A stretch of DNA of 35,039 nt from Anaerolineales bacterium (GTDB taxonomy: Bacteria; Chloroflexota; Anaerolineae; Anaerolineales; Villigracilaceae). Numbering within the stretch: the stretch's first letter is position 1; each line of letters opens with the position of its first letter. Below the pieces are notes generated by a model. It did no database searches. It saw only the letters and a list, made by a program, of their open reading frames with translations, and was not told the DNA's origin. The stretch is from positions 1-35,039 of the forward strand of contig DAITPI010000001.1 in NCBI GenBank assembly GCA_036833655.1, written 5' to 3'. The translations under genes and the position numbers were made by a program. Of this stretch, positions 17,707 to 27,520 are shown piece after piece.

Positions 17707-19654
17707 CCGATTTTCGCCCGAACAGATGCTGCAACGCCTGGGCGGAGGGTACCTCATCCTGCTGGTTGCTCTCGCGCAATTGGCTGCGTTTCTGGGAGCG
17801 GTCCCGGGCATTCTGTCCGTGGGGGCTAGCGCTGAGCTGGAGGCGACGCAGGTGCGAACGTATGCAATCCTGCTGCCGCTATTGATCGTGCTCACGCTGA
17901 TCATTCTACTTTTCATCAGCATGTGGCTCACCGGCGCCACACGCAGAAAACTGGATGCTTTACGAGATCCGGGCATCCAGCCAAAACCCGAAGACGATTT
18001 CCTTGCCTGGCGTGAGATCACCAGTCTGGCCTGGCGTTATGGAATCGCTGCTGCGGTTGTGATCTACATTGTAGATATCCTGCCTATCTTCCTCATTTCT
18101 TTCTCGAAAGGAGAAGGCCTCGCCTCGGCGCTCCGGCCCACGAGCCTCAGCGCATCAGATCCGATCTATGTGCTGGTCGGTGGTATGGTTTCGCTGCTTG
18201 GCTGTGTAATCGTGGCAGTCCTGCTGGTGGAACGTTTCACGTTACCCCTGCGGTCGCTTCTTTTGCCGCAAGACCTCGATGCGCAGCTGAGCGGCCGCTC
18301 GGGGCTGCTTCTGAGCCGGAAGATCCTTGTACTCACGCTGGCGCTCATCACCGTTGCAATCCTGCTGGTTGCGCCCCTCGGATTCCACCAGATCGTGCGG
18401 GCGCTCTATGCAGGTGCGGACTCGACTGAGATTCTGCGTATTTTGCAGGTTCAATCTATCGCGTTCAGTCTCCTCGCTTTGTTGCTTGGAGCCGGATGTG
18501 CCTATTATCTATCGAAGGCCGTTTCCGATCCCATCCAGGACTTGATCAGCACCTTCAACAAGATCGAGCAAGGCGATTTAAAACAGCGCGTGCCCGTCAC
18601 AGCGACCGACGAGCTCGGGATCGTCACAATGCAATTCAATCGCATGTTGGCGCGTCTCGAGACCTTCCAGGGCACGCTCGAGCAGCAGGTAGTCGAGCGC
18701 ACCAGGCAGCTGGCTGCTACAAATGAGGTCGGGCGGGCGGCTGCTTCCAGCCTCGACCCGGATCAGCTTCTGGCGCGGGTCATCCCCCTCTTCCACGAGC
18801 AGTTCGGCTACTATTTCGCTGCGATCTATTTGCTCGACCCGAGCGGCAAATGGGCAGAGCTTAAGGAAGCCACGGGCGAGGCAGGCCGGGTCCTGAAACA
18901 GAACCGCCACCGCCACGAGGTGATGGGCCGCAGCATGGTCGGCGCGGCAATACGGGAGCGCAGCCCCCGTATTGCCCAGGTTGCATCCCAGGACCAGCAA
19001 AGATACGAGAATCCGCTGCTGCCGTATACCCGTTCGGAAGTGGCGCTCCCACTGATGGTCGGCGACCGGATTCTCGGCGCTTTGAACGTACAGTCGACGA
19101 GAGAAGCAGACTTTGGTCCACAGGTGGTCGAGACCATGAAGAATATGGCGTCGCAGCTGGCAATCGCTCTTGAAAATGCGCGGCTCTTCCAGGAAGCACA
19201 ACAGATCATCAAGGAAATGCGCGCCGTTCAGCAACAATATCTGCTAGAGAGCTGGGCCGGGTTCTCCGAGGAAAACAAGAACCTGGAATATCGCGTGGGC
19301 GACGAGCAGGATGAGAATGCCAAGCGACTGGATGTCTCCATCAGCCTGCGCGACCAGACCCTTGGCCAGATCATGCTGGAGGGCAAGGAAGACTGGACCC
19401 CTGACCAGCATGCCCTCGTCGATGCGATCGCAACGCAAGCTGCGATTGCCCTGGAGAACGCTCGCCTGGTCAGCGAAAGCCGGCAGATCGCGCTGCGCGA
19501 GCGCATGGTTGCCGAGATCAACTCGAAGATTTGGTCATCCACCACGATTGACGGCGTGCTACAGACGGTTGTGAAGGAGCTCGGCCGGCGCCTGGATGCC
19601 TCGAGCGCCACCGTCGAGCTTCACATCGATCCCCCGGCAGGAGAGGACGAATGA
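17693..19654 (+). CDS. Membrane receptor: ~6 TM + HAMP + GAF + split-GAF tail
   Basis: Hydrophobic N-terminal half; HAMP PIQDL...GDLKQRV....DELG....FNRM; GAF NPLLPYTRSEVALPL..GALNVQS; tail LRDQTLG...W...ENARL...RE...LQTVVKELG. Alternative start 17699. Confidence 0.88.
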   Translation: MEMNSRFSPEQMLQRLGGGYLILLVALAQLAAFLGAVPGILSVGASAELEATQVRTYAILLPLLIVLTLIILLFISMWLTGATRRKLDALRDPGIQPKPEDDFLAWREITSLAWRYGIAAAVVIYIVDILPIFLISFSKGEGLASALRPTSLSASDPIYVLVGGMVSLLGCVIVAVLLVERFTLPLRSLLLPQDLDAQLSGRSGLLLSRKILVLTLALITVAILLVAPLGFHQIVRALYAGADSTEILRILQVQSIAFSLLALLLGAGCAYYLSKAVSDPIQDLISTFNKIEQGDLKQRVPVTATDELGIVTMQFNRMLARLETFQGTLEQQVVERTRQLAATNEVGRAAASSLDPDQLLARVIPLFHEQFGYYFAAIYLLDPSGKWAELKEATGEAGRVLKQNRHRHEVMGRSMVGAAIRERSPRIAQVASQDQQRYENPLLPYTRSEVALPLMVGDRILGALNVQSTREADFGPQVVETMKNMASQLAIALENARLFQEAQQIIKEMRAVQQQYLLESWAGFSEENKNLEYRVGDEQDENAKRLDVSISLRDQTLGQIMLEGKEDWTPDQHALVDAIATQAAIALENARLVSESRQIALRERMVAEINSKIWSSTTIDGVLQTVVKELGRRLDASSATVELHIDPPAGEDE

Positions 19655-21276
19655 GCGACTCGTCTGCCTCTCCACACTTCCCCGAGATTGCGCAGGATCC
19701 TTCCACTGGCTGGCGTGAGCGTTTGCTCCGGGCCGCCTTGCGCGGCTCTTCGGTTCTCGGACTCCTCGCAATCATTCTGTATTTTGTCTCCCCGGTGAGC
19801 ACAGCGGCGAAGGTGATTGCGGCCCTCATGTACGCTGTATTGTTGTTACTCACATGGAGCAGCCGAATTCACTACCCGATTCGGGCAGGGGTGTATCTCC
19901 TGCTACTTTTCTTTGCCGGGCTTGCACTGCTGTTCGATTACGGGATGGTCGAAGCATCGATCCTTTTCTTGGGCTTTGTGATTATGACGGGGCTGCTGCT
20001 CTCACCCCGTAATGCGATGTACTATGCCCTGGGAATTACGATGTTCAGCCTGCTGCTCTTTGGCACCCCAGGCGCTTCTTTTCTGGCGTGGGCACGACCG
20101 GTTGGGATGTTCCTGATCGTTTCCGTGTTCACCGTGGTTGGATTGCGGCAAGCCCTGGACGAGTTTGCGGATACGCAGGAGACCGCGCAGGTGACCCTGG
20201 ACACCCTCTGGGCAGAACGCACAACTCTGGAACAGCGGATCGAGGAGCGAACTGCCGGCCTGGCGCAAAAAACCGAGCAGCTCCGTGCAACCTCCTACAT
20301 CGCCAGGAAGACGGCCGAGTTGCAAGATCTGGAAACGTTGCTGGATACCGTCACGCGGCTGGTCAGCGACCAGTTTGGTTTCTACCACACGGGCATCTTC
20401 TTGATCAACGAAACCGGAGACCGCGCTGTCTTACAGGCAGCTTCTTCTGACGGCGGCCGGCAGATGGTTGAGAGGGGGCACGCTCTGTTCGTTGGCACAC
20501 AGGGCATTGTAGGTTATGTTGCCGGGCAGAAGAAGCCGCGCATCGCTCTGGACGTGGGCGCTGACGCTGTTTTCTTCAACAATCCCTATCTCCCCATGAC
20601 TCGCTCCGAGTTGGCATTGCCGCTGGTGGTTCGTAACAAAGTGCTGGGCGTACTCGATATTCAATCCGATAAGCCCCAGGCCTTCAGCAGCGAGGATATC
20701 GACATTTTGCAGACTCTCGCAGACCAGCTGGCGGTGGCAATTGAGAATGCCCGCCTGATTGATGAAACGCAGGCCGCGATGACACAGCTCAAGGCGTTCA
20801 GCAGACTCCGGGCCCGCGAAGCGTGGAACCGCAAGCTCGGTGAGGGCAGCCGCGCCTTCACGTACACTCCTCTGGGCATCCGCGCCGAGCGAGTTCCTCA
20901 GGATGGAGCCAGAACCATCAGCGCGCCGATCCTGCTGCGCGGTCAAAAGATCGGCGATATTTCCATCGCCCGGAAAGGCGACGCAACCTGGACCCAGCTC
21001 GATAGGAATTTGGTGGAGGAGGTTGCCAGCCAGGTGGGACTGGCGATCGACAATATTCGTCTGCTCGAAGAGGCCACCCAGGGAGCCACGCAGGAACAGA
21101 TGGTTGGCAGGCTTGCCAACCGCTTTAGCCAGTCCCTGGATCTGGACACGCTTCTGCAGACCGCGGCGCGCGAGCTCGGGCAGCTGCCCGACGTTGCGGA
21201 AGTGTCTGTCCTGATCGGGCAGGGAAGCGAGCCGGACTCCCACCCAGGACAGGCCCGAAGGCGCAGGACGAGCTGA
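19651..21276 (+). CDS. Membrane receptor: multi-TM + coiled coil + GAF + split-GAF tail
   Basis: Hydrophobic N-terminus; LEQRIEERT; FGFYHTGIFL; DAVFFNNPYLPMTRSELALPL; PILLRGQKIG; LQTAARELG; ATGA overlap with the upstream gene. Confidence 0.88.
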   Translation: MSDSSASPHFPEIAQDPSTGWRERLLRAALRGSSVLGLLAIILYFVSPVSTAAKVIAALMYAVLLLLTWSSRIHYPIRAGVYLLLLFFAGLALLFDYGMVEASILFLGFVIMTGLLLSPRNAMYYALGITMFSLLLFGTPGASFLAWARPVGMFLIVSVFTVVGLRQALDEFADTQETAQVTLDTLWAERTTLEQRIEERTAGLAQKTEQLRATSYIARKTAELQDLETLLDTVTRLVSDQFGFYHTGIFLINETGDRAVLQAASSDGGRQMVERGHALFVGTQGIVGYVAGQKKPRIALDVGADAVFFNNPYLPMTRSELALPLVVRNKVLGVLDIQSDKPQAFSSEDIDILQTLADQLAVAIENARLIDETQAAMTQLKAFSRLRAREAWNRKLGEGSRAFTYTPLGIRAERVPQDGARTISAPILLRGQKIGDISIARKGDATWTQLDRNLVEEVASQVGLAIDNIRLLEEATQGATQEQMVGRLANRFSQSLDLDTLLQTAARELGQLPDVAEVSVLIGQGSEPDSHPGQARRRRTS

Positions 21277-21277
21277 T

Positions 21278-24055
21278 ATGGATCAGACCAGCTTCCCACA
21301 GAACGAGATCATCGCCGCCAACGAGCGCCTGGCGCGGACGTATTATGCGCGAGCGCGCTTTACACCGCTGCTTCTCGGAGTCTCGGGGCTGGGCTTTATT
21401 GCCATCTACCTGCTAACTCGCTTCGGTGTTCTGGGCGAGCCAGCGCCTCAACTGTTATACATTGGCGGGATCACCTTCTTATTTGCACTGGCAGAAATTC
21501 CGATCCTGGCGCTTGCTCAGGAGAAACGCGGGGTGGCTGCCAGCCTTTACGGTTCCGCAATTGCCGGCATCTTCGCTCTTTTGCTGACATTTTTCTGGGC
21601 GGGGATCCTCCCGGTCGCCCTTCTGCTCGCTCTCCTGCCTCCGCTGGTGGCGCTCCGCAACGGACTGCCTGGCAAATACTCGCTCAGACTGCTCCCTATC
21701 ATGGCGCTGATCGTCGTCGGCATTCTATACATCAACGCCAACGCTCCCATCGAACGCCTGCAGAATAACACACCGGCCGCCGTTGCCAGCGTTGTGTTTC
21801 TCCTTGCCACCGGCCTCCTCTTATCTACCATCATACTGATCTCGCAGAACCGGCGCTTTCGCAGTCTCCAGAGCCTGTTGCTGGCATCCTTCGTCATCAT
21901 CGTCGTCATCCCAACGGTGATGACTGCTGTGCTGTCGACGATGGGTGCTTACACCAACAGCCAGGCGCAGACTTTCAGCACCCTGGAGGCGATCACCACA
22001 CTGAAGCTGAACCAGATCGAGTCCTTACTGTCCGATTCGCAGAACGATACCGAGACCCTGCTCGCGGATCCCAGTTTCCAAACCAATACGCTCGAAATCC
22101 TCTCCAACACGGCCAACGATCCCGCGCGCCTTGAGCGTCTGAAACAGGTTGCCCGTTCTCGTATGGTAGATCTCCTCGGATCGGAAGAGGAGGCGTACAA
22201 AGAGATCATGGTCCTTGATCCGCGTGGGTACGCGGTCGTGTCTACTCTGCCTCGCACCGAAGGCTTGCGCTTCGAGAAGGAGAGCTTTTTCGAACAGGGT
22301 GCTTCAAAGCTTTATGCAAGCTTTACAGAAGACCGGACTTCCGGCATCGAGAACCTCGTCGTAGCCACGCCGATATTTGGTGGCGCGGAACGGACGGTCA
22401 CAGGGATTCTGGTCCTGCGCTCGAATGCAGCTTCCATGAAGGAAATCATGGAAACCACACCGGGATTTCCCGAGGCAGAGACCTACCTGGTTGGTCTCGA
22501 CTTCAAAGCAGTGACAAGGACCCGGGCAGCGTCTGCGATTATCGACACCAAGGCAGCTCTGGATGCCATCCGCCAGCACGTCAGAGGCGCGCGGGCAGTC
22601 TACCGCAATTATGAGGGCCAACAGGTGCTTGGTTACTATCAATGGTTCGCACCGATGCAGCTGGCCGTGGTGGCTGAAGTGCCTCTAAGCCTCGTCATCC
22701 GCAATTCCCTGGAGTCCCTGGCAGGGAGTGCTGTGCTTGCGTTGTTGATCGTCCTGGTCGCCATTACGGCGGTAATTATCTCCGCCCGGACAGTTGCCGA
22801 TCCTATCAAGACCCTGGCAGAGACGACCCAGAGCTTTGCAGCAGGCAAGCTTTCTGCGCGCGCAATCGTCGATCGCCAGGATGAGATCGGGGCTCTGGCG
22901 CAAGCCTACAACCAGATGGCTGCGCAGCTCCAGGAAATGATCGGCAAGCTCGAGCAACGTGTGGCAGATCGCACCCGCGACCTCGAGGGGCAGAGCCTGC
23001 GCCTACGAGTGGCCGCCGAGATTGCTCGAGACGCCGCTTCTGCGCGCGACCTGCGGGAGTTGCTCGCCCAAGCCGCCGCATTGATTCGTGACCGGTTTGG
23101 CTTCTATCACACGGGAATCTTCCTGCTGGATAATACTCGGGAATACGCGGTCCTGGTGGCTTCGCCTTCGGAGGCAGGCAAAGCGATGCTCGCGGACAAT
23201 CACAAGCTGCGAGTCGGCGAGGTGGGTATCGTAGGACGCGTCGCTGCAACCGGCGAACCTCGCGTCACGCTCAATACGGGCGGCGATCGCGTGTATTTCA
23301 ACAATCCCCACCTGCCGAACACGCGCTCGGAAATGTCGCTGCCCCTCAAAGTGGAAAACAATGTGATCGGCGTTCTCGATGTGCAGAGCGACGAGCCGCA
23401 GGCATTCGACGACGATGATGTGGCAACAATGCAGATCCTCGCCGATCAACTGGCAATCGCCATCGAGCGCACCCGCTTGCTGCAGGAAGTCGAAAGGAAC
23501 CTAAAGGAGCTTGAGAGCGCCTACGGCCGTTTCACCCGCGAGAACTGGAGTAGGGTCGCCCGGGAGTCTCTTACTGGAAATCGCGGCTATCGTTTCGACA
23601 ACGTCCGGATCGAACCTGTCTCGGAATTGTCCGAGCTGGCGGAACATGCGCTCGAGACGGGAAAGACGGTGAGCGCGAACGGAACGCAGCCCGGCGCCGG
23701 CCGCGATCGGAAAGTCGCCGTACCCATCAAGTTGCGCGGGCAAACCGTTGGTGTTATCAGCCTCAAGCTCAAGGATGGCTACGATCGAAACACCCTGAAC
23801 ATCGTCGAGCTTGCGACCGAGCGTCTCGCAGCAGCCATGGAGAGTGCCCGTCTGTATGAAGAAGCTCGCCTGCGCGCCGATCGCGAGCAGTCCATCGCGA
23901 GGGTCACCGCGGCGATCAGCGCCTCGACGGAGTACGAGCAGATCCTGCAGACCACTGTCCGGGAGATCGGTCATATTCTTGGCGACACAGAGGTTTCCAT
24001 TCAAATCCTCGAAGAGCCTTCGCCCGCTAAGCGTGTCGAGCGGAGGGATCCATAA
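21278..24055 (+). CDS. Membrane receptor: multi-TM + extracellular Cache domain + HAMP + GAF + split-GAF tail
   Basis: About 260-aa inter-TM region with Cache-like EIMVLDPRG, ETYLVG, YRNYEGQQVLG.Y; HAMP PIKTL...DEIGALAQAYNQM; GAF YFNNPHLPNTRSEMSLPL; VPIKLRGQTVG tail. Confidence 0.88.
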   Translation: MDQTSFPQNEIIAANERLARTYYARARFTPLLLGVSGLGFIAIYLLTRFGVLGEPAPQLLYIGGITFLFALAEIPILALAQEKRGVAASLYGSAIAGIFALLLTFFWAGILPVALLLALLPPLVALRNGLPGKYSLRLLPIMALIVVGILYINANAPIERLQNNTPAAVASVVFLLATGLLLSTIILISQNRRFRSLQSLLLASFVIIVVIPTVMTAVLSTMGAYTNSQAQTFSTLEAITTLKLNQIESLLSDSQNDTETLLADPSFQTNTLEILSNTANDPARLERLKQVARSRMVDLLGSEEEAYKEIMVLDPRGYAVVSTLPRTEGLRFEKESFFEQGASKLYASFTEDRTSGIENLVVATPIFGGAERTVTGILVLRSNAASMKEIMETTPGFPEAETYLVGLDFKAVTRTRAASAIIDTKAALDAIRQHVRGARAVYRNYEGQQVLGYYQWFAPMQLAVVAEVPLSLVIRNSLESLAGSAVLALLIVLVAITAVIISARTVADPIKTLAETTQSFAAGKLSARAIVDRQDEIGALAQAYNQMAAQLQEMIGKLEQRVADRTRDLEGQSLRLRVAAEIARDAASARDLRELLAQAAALIRDRFGFYHTGIFLLDNTREYAVLVASPSEAGKAMLADNHKLRVGEVGIVGRVAATGEPRVTLNTGGDRVYFNNPHLPNTRSEMSLPLKVENNVIGVLDVQSDEPQAFDDDDVATMQILADQLAIAIERTRLLQEVERNLKELESAYGRFTRENWSRVARESLTGNRGYRFDNVRIEPVSELSELAEHALETGKTVSANGTQPGAGRDRKVAVPIKLRGQTVGVISLKLKDGYDRNTLNIVELATERLAAAMESARLYEEARLRADREQSIARVTAAISASTEYEQILQTTVREIGHILGDTEVSIQILEEPSPAKRVERRDP

Positions 24056-24056
24056 T

Positions 24057-25769
24057 ATGCGCAACATGCTGCTACAGTATTTTGCACCGCCTGTGTTTTC
24101 GGAGGACGAGGACAAGACCCGCGCCGCGGCAACCATCAACACCATGGGCTGGAGTGCGCTATTCATTTTAGTGACTCTCCTGCTGATGCGCATTGTTCAG
24201 GGCGAGGATGCAAACCTGATTGAAGTCAACCTGGTACTGACCGCAATCCTCATTGCTGTTGCCGTCGTGCTTTTCCTGATTCGCCAGGGATATGTTCAGG
24301 TTGCCAGCGTATTGTTGGTCCTCACGGCCTGGACCGGCTTATCCTACGTTGCCTGGATTGCCGATGGAATTCGCGATGTAACTTTTGTAGCCTATACTGT
24401 GCCGATTCTGCTGGCGGGCCTTCTACTGGGCTGGCGCGCCGCTCTGCTTGTCACGGGCATCAGCATCCTCTCGGGCTGGATCCTGGCGTACGCCCAGGCG
24501 AGCGGCGTGTTCCGGCCTACTCTGGATACACCCCTCAATTTCGCCCGCGACATGACCGGGGTCTTTGCGCTGATCGGTGTGCTGATCTACCTGACCATTT
24601 CCAGCCTCCAGAGTGCTGCCAGCCGGGCCAGAGCTGCAGCGGAACAGTTGTCTCTCTCCAACAAGGAAGTCAACAATCTGAGGCTGGAGCTCGAGCACAG
24701 AGTGGAAGAACGGACGTTCGAGCTCAAGAAACGGGCAACGCAGCTCGAGGCGGTATCGGGCGTGGCGCGAGCCATTGCCTCGGTGCAAGATCTAGATAGC
24801 CTGCTTCCCACAATTGCGCGGCTCGTGAGTCAGCAATTTGATTTCTACCATGTGGCAATTTTCCTTCCGGATGAACAGGAGCACAGAGCCGTTCTGCGGG
24901 CAGCAAATAACGAGGCAGGGATGCGTTTGATCGAACAGAATTTCAGCCTGCCGCTCGATCAGCATAGCATTGTGGGGTATTCCCTTTCCACTGGAGAGCC
25001 TCGCATTGCTCTGGACGTGGAGCTCGACGCTGCCTATCACAGCAATCCCAACCTGCCCGAGACACGCTCGGAAATTGCCCTGCCGCTGCGGGTGGCGGAT
25101 CGTGTGATTGGCTGTCTTGATGTGCAAAGCAGGGAAGTCAATGCCTTTGCACAGGAAGATATCGCGGTGCTGGCGACGCTGGCGGACCAGATCGCTATTG
25201 CGATTGAAAACGCGCGGCTCTTCGGCGACGCGCGCACGGCGCTGGATGAGTCGCGAGCACTCTTTGAGAAGTACACCCGTCAGGAATGGGGTAACTTTGC
25301 CAGGCAGGTGAAGCAACCCGGGTTTATGTTTGACGGCAAACAGATATCTCCTCTCGATCGTCAAGTCAAGCGCGAGCCAGCCAGGACCGTCATCCAGACC
25401 GGCAGCCTGGTGCTGGAGAAAGAGACGGCGTCGATTGCGATCCCCATCAAGCTGCGGGGCCAGACTATTGGGGTGCTGGATATACGCTCGAAAACGGGCT
25501 CCCGCCCCTGGAAGCGGGACGAGATCGCCATGCTTGAGGCCGCAGCCGAACGCGCCGCCCTGGCCCTGGAGAACGCGCGCTTAATAGAGAACGCCCAACG
25601 CCGCGCGGCACGCGAACGCGCAATCGGCGACATATCCTCCAGGATCGGTGCGGTCAGTAGCATCGAGTCCATTCTGCAAACTGCCGTTGAGGAACTGGGT
25701 CGCAAGCTGGGCGGCGCAACCGAGGTCACACTGGAGATCAACAGCGGCGATGGACAGAATAGCCTTTAG
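24057..25769 (+). CDS. Membrane receptor: ~6 TM + coiled coil + GAF + split-GAF tail
   Basis: Start 1 nt after the previous stop (alternative 24066); PPVFSEDEDKTR leader; LEHRVEERT; NPNLPETRSEIALPL; IPIKLRGQTIG; ILQTAVEELG. Confidence 0.87.
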   Translation: MRNMLLQYFAPPVFSEDEDKTRAAATINTMGWSALFILVTLLLMRIVQGEDANLIEVNLVLTAILIAVAVVLFLIRQGYVQVASVLLVLTAWTGLSYVAWIADGIRDVTFVAYTVPILLAGLLLGWRAALLVTGISILSGWILAYAQASGVFRPTLDTPLNFARDMTGVFALIGVLIYLTISSLQSAASRARAAAEQLSLSNKEVNNLRLELEHRVEERTFELKKRATQLEAVSGVARAIASVQDLDSLLPTIARLVSQQFDFYHVAIFLPDEQEHRAVLRAANNEAGMRLIEQNFSLPLDQHSIVGYSLSTGEPRIALDVELDAAYHSNPNLPETRSEIALPLRVADRVIGCLDVQSREVNAFAQEDIAVLATLADQIAIAIENARLFGDARTALDESRALFEKYTRQEWGNFARQVKQPGFMFDGKQISPLDRQVKREPARTVIQTGSLVLEKETASIAIPIKLRGQTIGVLDIRSKTGSRPWKRDEIAMLEAAAERAALALENARLIENAQRRAARERAIGDISSRIGAVSSIESILQTAVEELGRKLGGATEVTLEINSGDGQNSL

Positions 25770-25792
25770 GAAGCTCGCAAATAGGTCGTGAC

Positions 25793-27520
25793 ATGCTGAA
25801 ACAGCTCGGTACATTCTTCAGCCCACCTGTCTTCCCTGAAGATGAAGACAAGACGCGCAAAGCCAGATACGCGCACGTGATCGCGCTGGCATTTCTCGCG
25901 ATTGCGATAGGTTTTGAGCTGTTTGTTCGGTTGTTCGCCGGTTATGCCCAACTAACCCTGTTCGACCTGGTGCTCTTCGGGCTTGCTTTGATCTGTCTCC
26001 TGGGCCTGCTCCTGTTGCGTCAGGGTCGGGTCCGGTCTACTTCCTTCTTGCTCCTGGCGCTCGTCTGGTTGGCATCCAATGGAGTCGCTGCCGCCGGCTT
26101 TGGGGCGCGCGACGCCTCGTTCATTGTGAACTTTGCGATCGTGCTCATGGCAGGCTTGCTGCTCGGATGGCAGGCATCGCTGCTGGTCACGCTTCTCAGC
26201 ATTGTCTCGGGCTTCGCGCTTGCCTATGCCGAGCAAAATCAGCTGATCGGCACAACCATGTATCCGATCACAGCGTTTGCACGCGACATCACCTTTGTCT
26301 TTGGCTTGAATGGTGTCTTTATTTATCTGTTGATCCATGGTCTGGAGCACGCACTCTATAAATCGAGAAGGAATCTGGCGGCACTCGAAACAGCACATCT
26401 GAGTCTTGGCGACACCCAGCGAGAGTTGCAACAGCGCTCCACGGAGTTGTTGGCAGTAAATCAGCAGTTGGAGAATCGCACAAAAAAGCTCCAGGCAATT
26501 GTGATGGTGACAAGGTCAGCGGCTGCAATGAAGACTCTGGACTCGCTGCTTGGATCGATCACAGAAACCATCAGCAAACAGCTCGGTTATGAGAATGTGC
26601 ACCTTTTTCTTCTCGATGAGCAAAAAGAGATCGCCATCCTGCGCTCGAGCAGTAACCGGGCAGTGCGGCAGATTATGGAGCTCGGCTACCGGCGGGCTGT
26701 GAAACAATTGGGCCCCCTCGGCCTTGCAGCACAGACGGGGCAACCACGGGTTGTTCGTTCCATTGGAGCTGAATCCGGCATCTTCGACGAGCCCGGCTCC
26801 CCCGCTGGGCAGTCCGCGCTGATCCTGCCGCTCAAATATGGTGAGCAGGTCATTGGGCTGTTGGATATCCGCTCCTTGAAAAGCGACTCCTTCTCGCAGG
26901 ATGACATCTCTCTCCTGAGCATCCTGGCGGATCAGGTGGCCATCACGATCCAAAACCTGCTTCTCTATGAACAATCCCAGCGTGCCCTCCAGAAAGCTGC
27001 TGAGACTTCCAGGCATGTATCGGCGAAAGCCTGGAATGAATATGAAAAGGCGATCCAGATGAGAGGCTATCGCTACGACGGGATCAAGTCTGAGCCGCTG
27101 AACGAGGTGAAGTACGCCGGAAGTGGAAGCCAACCGCTTTTCGTCCCGGTAGAGCTGCGCGGCAAGACCATTGGCTCATTCCGGCTGAACCCTGCGGACC
27201 CCTCCCGGCTCTGGACGGAGGATGAACTTGGGATGGTCCGAGCGACTGCGGAGCGGGTGGCTCTGGCACTGGAGGGCGCTCGTCTGTTGGAAGAAGCACA
27301 GAAGCGAGCCACACGCGAGGCATTCCTTTCCGACGTCTCCACAAAATTGAGCGCCTCGTTCCAGCTGGATTCCATCCTGCGAGATACCGTCCAGGAGCTG
27401 GGGCAGACGCTCAAGAATTCCACAGTGACATTCCAGCTGGTCAACCCGTCCGAAAATAACGCTCCCGGCGAGTCCGGGAACACGGAGTACCAAACGGGCC
27501 CAGGAGCAGGCGATGAATAA
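25793..27520 (+). CDS. Membrane receptor: ~6 TM + divergent GAF + split-GAF tail
   Basis: PPVFPEDEDKTR leader shared with the previous gene; GAF core SALILPL...IGLLDIRS lacks the NP.LP.TRSE motif; VPVELRGKTIG; ILRDTVQELG. Confidence 0.87.
   Translation: MLKQLGTFFSPPVFPEDEDKTRKARYAHVIALAFLAIAIGFELFVRLFAGYAQLTLFDLVLFGLALICLLGLLLLRQGRVRSTSFLLLALVWLASNGVAAAGFGARDASFIVNFAIVLMAGLLLGWQASLLVTLLSIVSGFALAYAEQNQLIGTTMYPITAFARDITFVFGLNGVFIYLLIHGLEHALYKSRRNLAALETAHLSLGDTQRELQQRSTELLAVNQQLENRTKKLQAIVMVTRSAAAMKTLDSLLGSITETISKQLGYENVHLFLLDEQKEIAILRSSSNRAVRQIMELGYRRAVKQLGPLGLAAQTGQPRVVRSIGAESGIFDEPGSPAGQSALILPLKYGEQVIGLLDIRSLKSDSFSQDDISLLSILADQVAITIQNLLLYEQSQRALQKAAETSRHVSAKAWNEYEKAIQMRGYRYDGIKSEPLNEVKYAGSGSQPLFVPVELRGKTIGSFRLNPADPSRLWTEDELGMVRATAERVALALEGARLLEEAQKRATREAFLSDVSTKLSASFQLDSILRDTVQELGQTLKNSTVTFQLVNPSENNAPGESGNTEYQTGPGAGDE

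Noticed and set aside
23811..24056. N-terminal extension of the 652-aa ORF (likewise 31593-31910, 11599-11793, 15072-15146, 7387-7446)
   Set aside because: These extensions overlap upstream genes or promoters and are not protein-like; downstream ATGs give coupled starts that fit the family or paralog N-termini.
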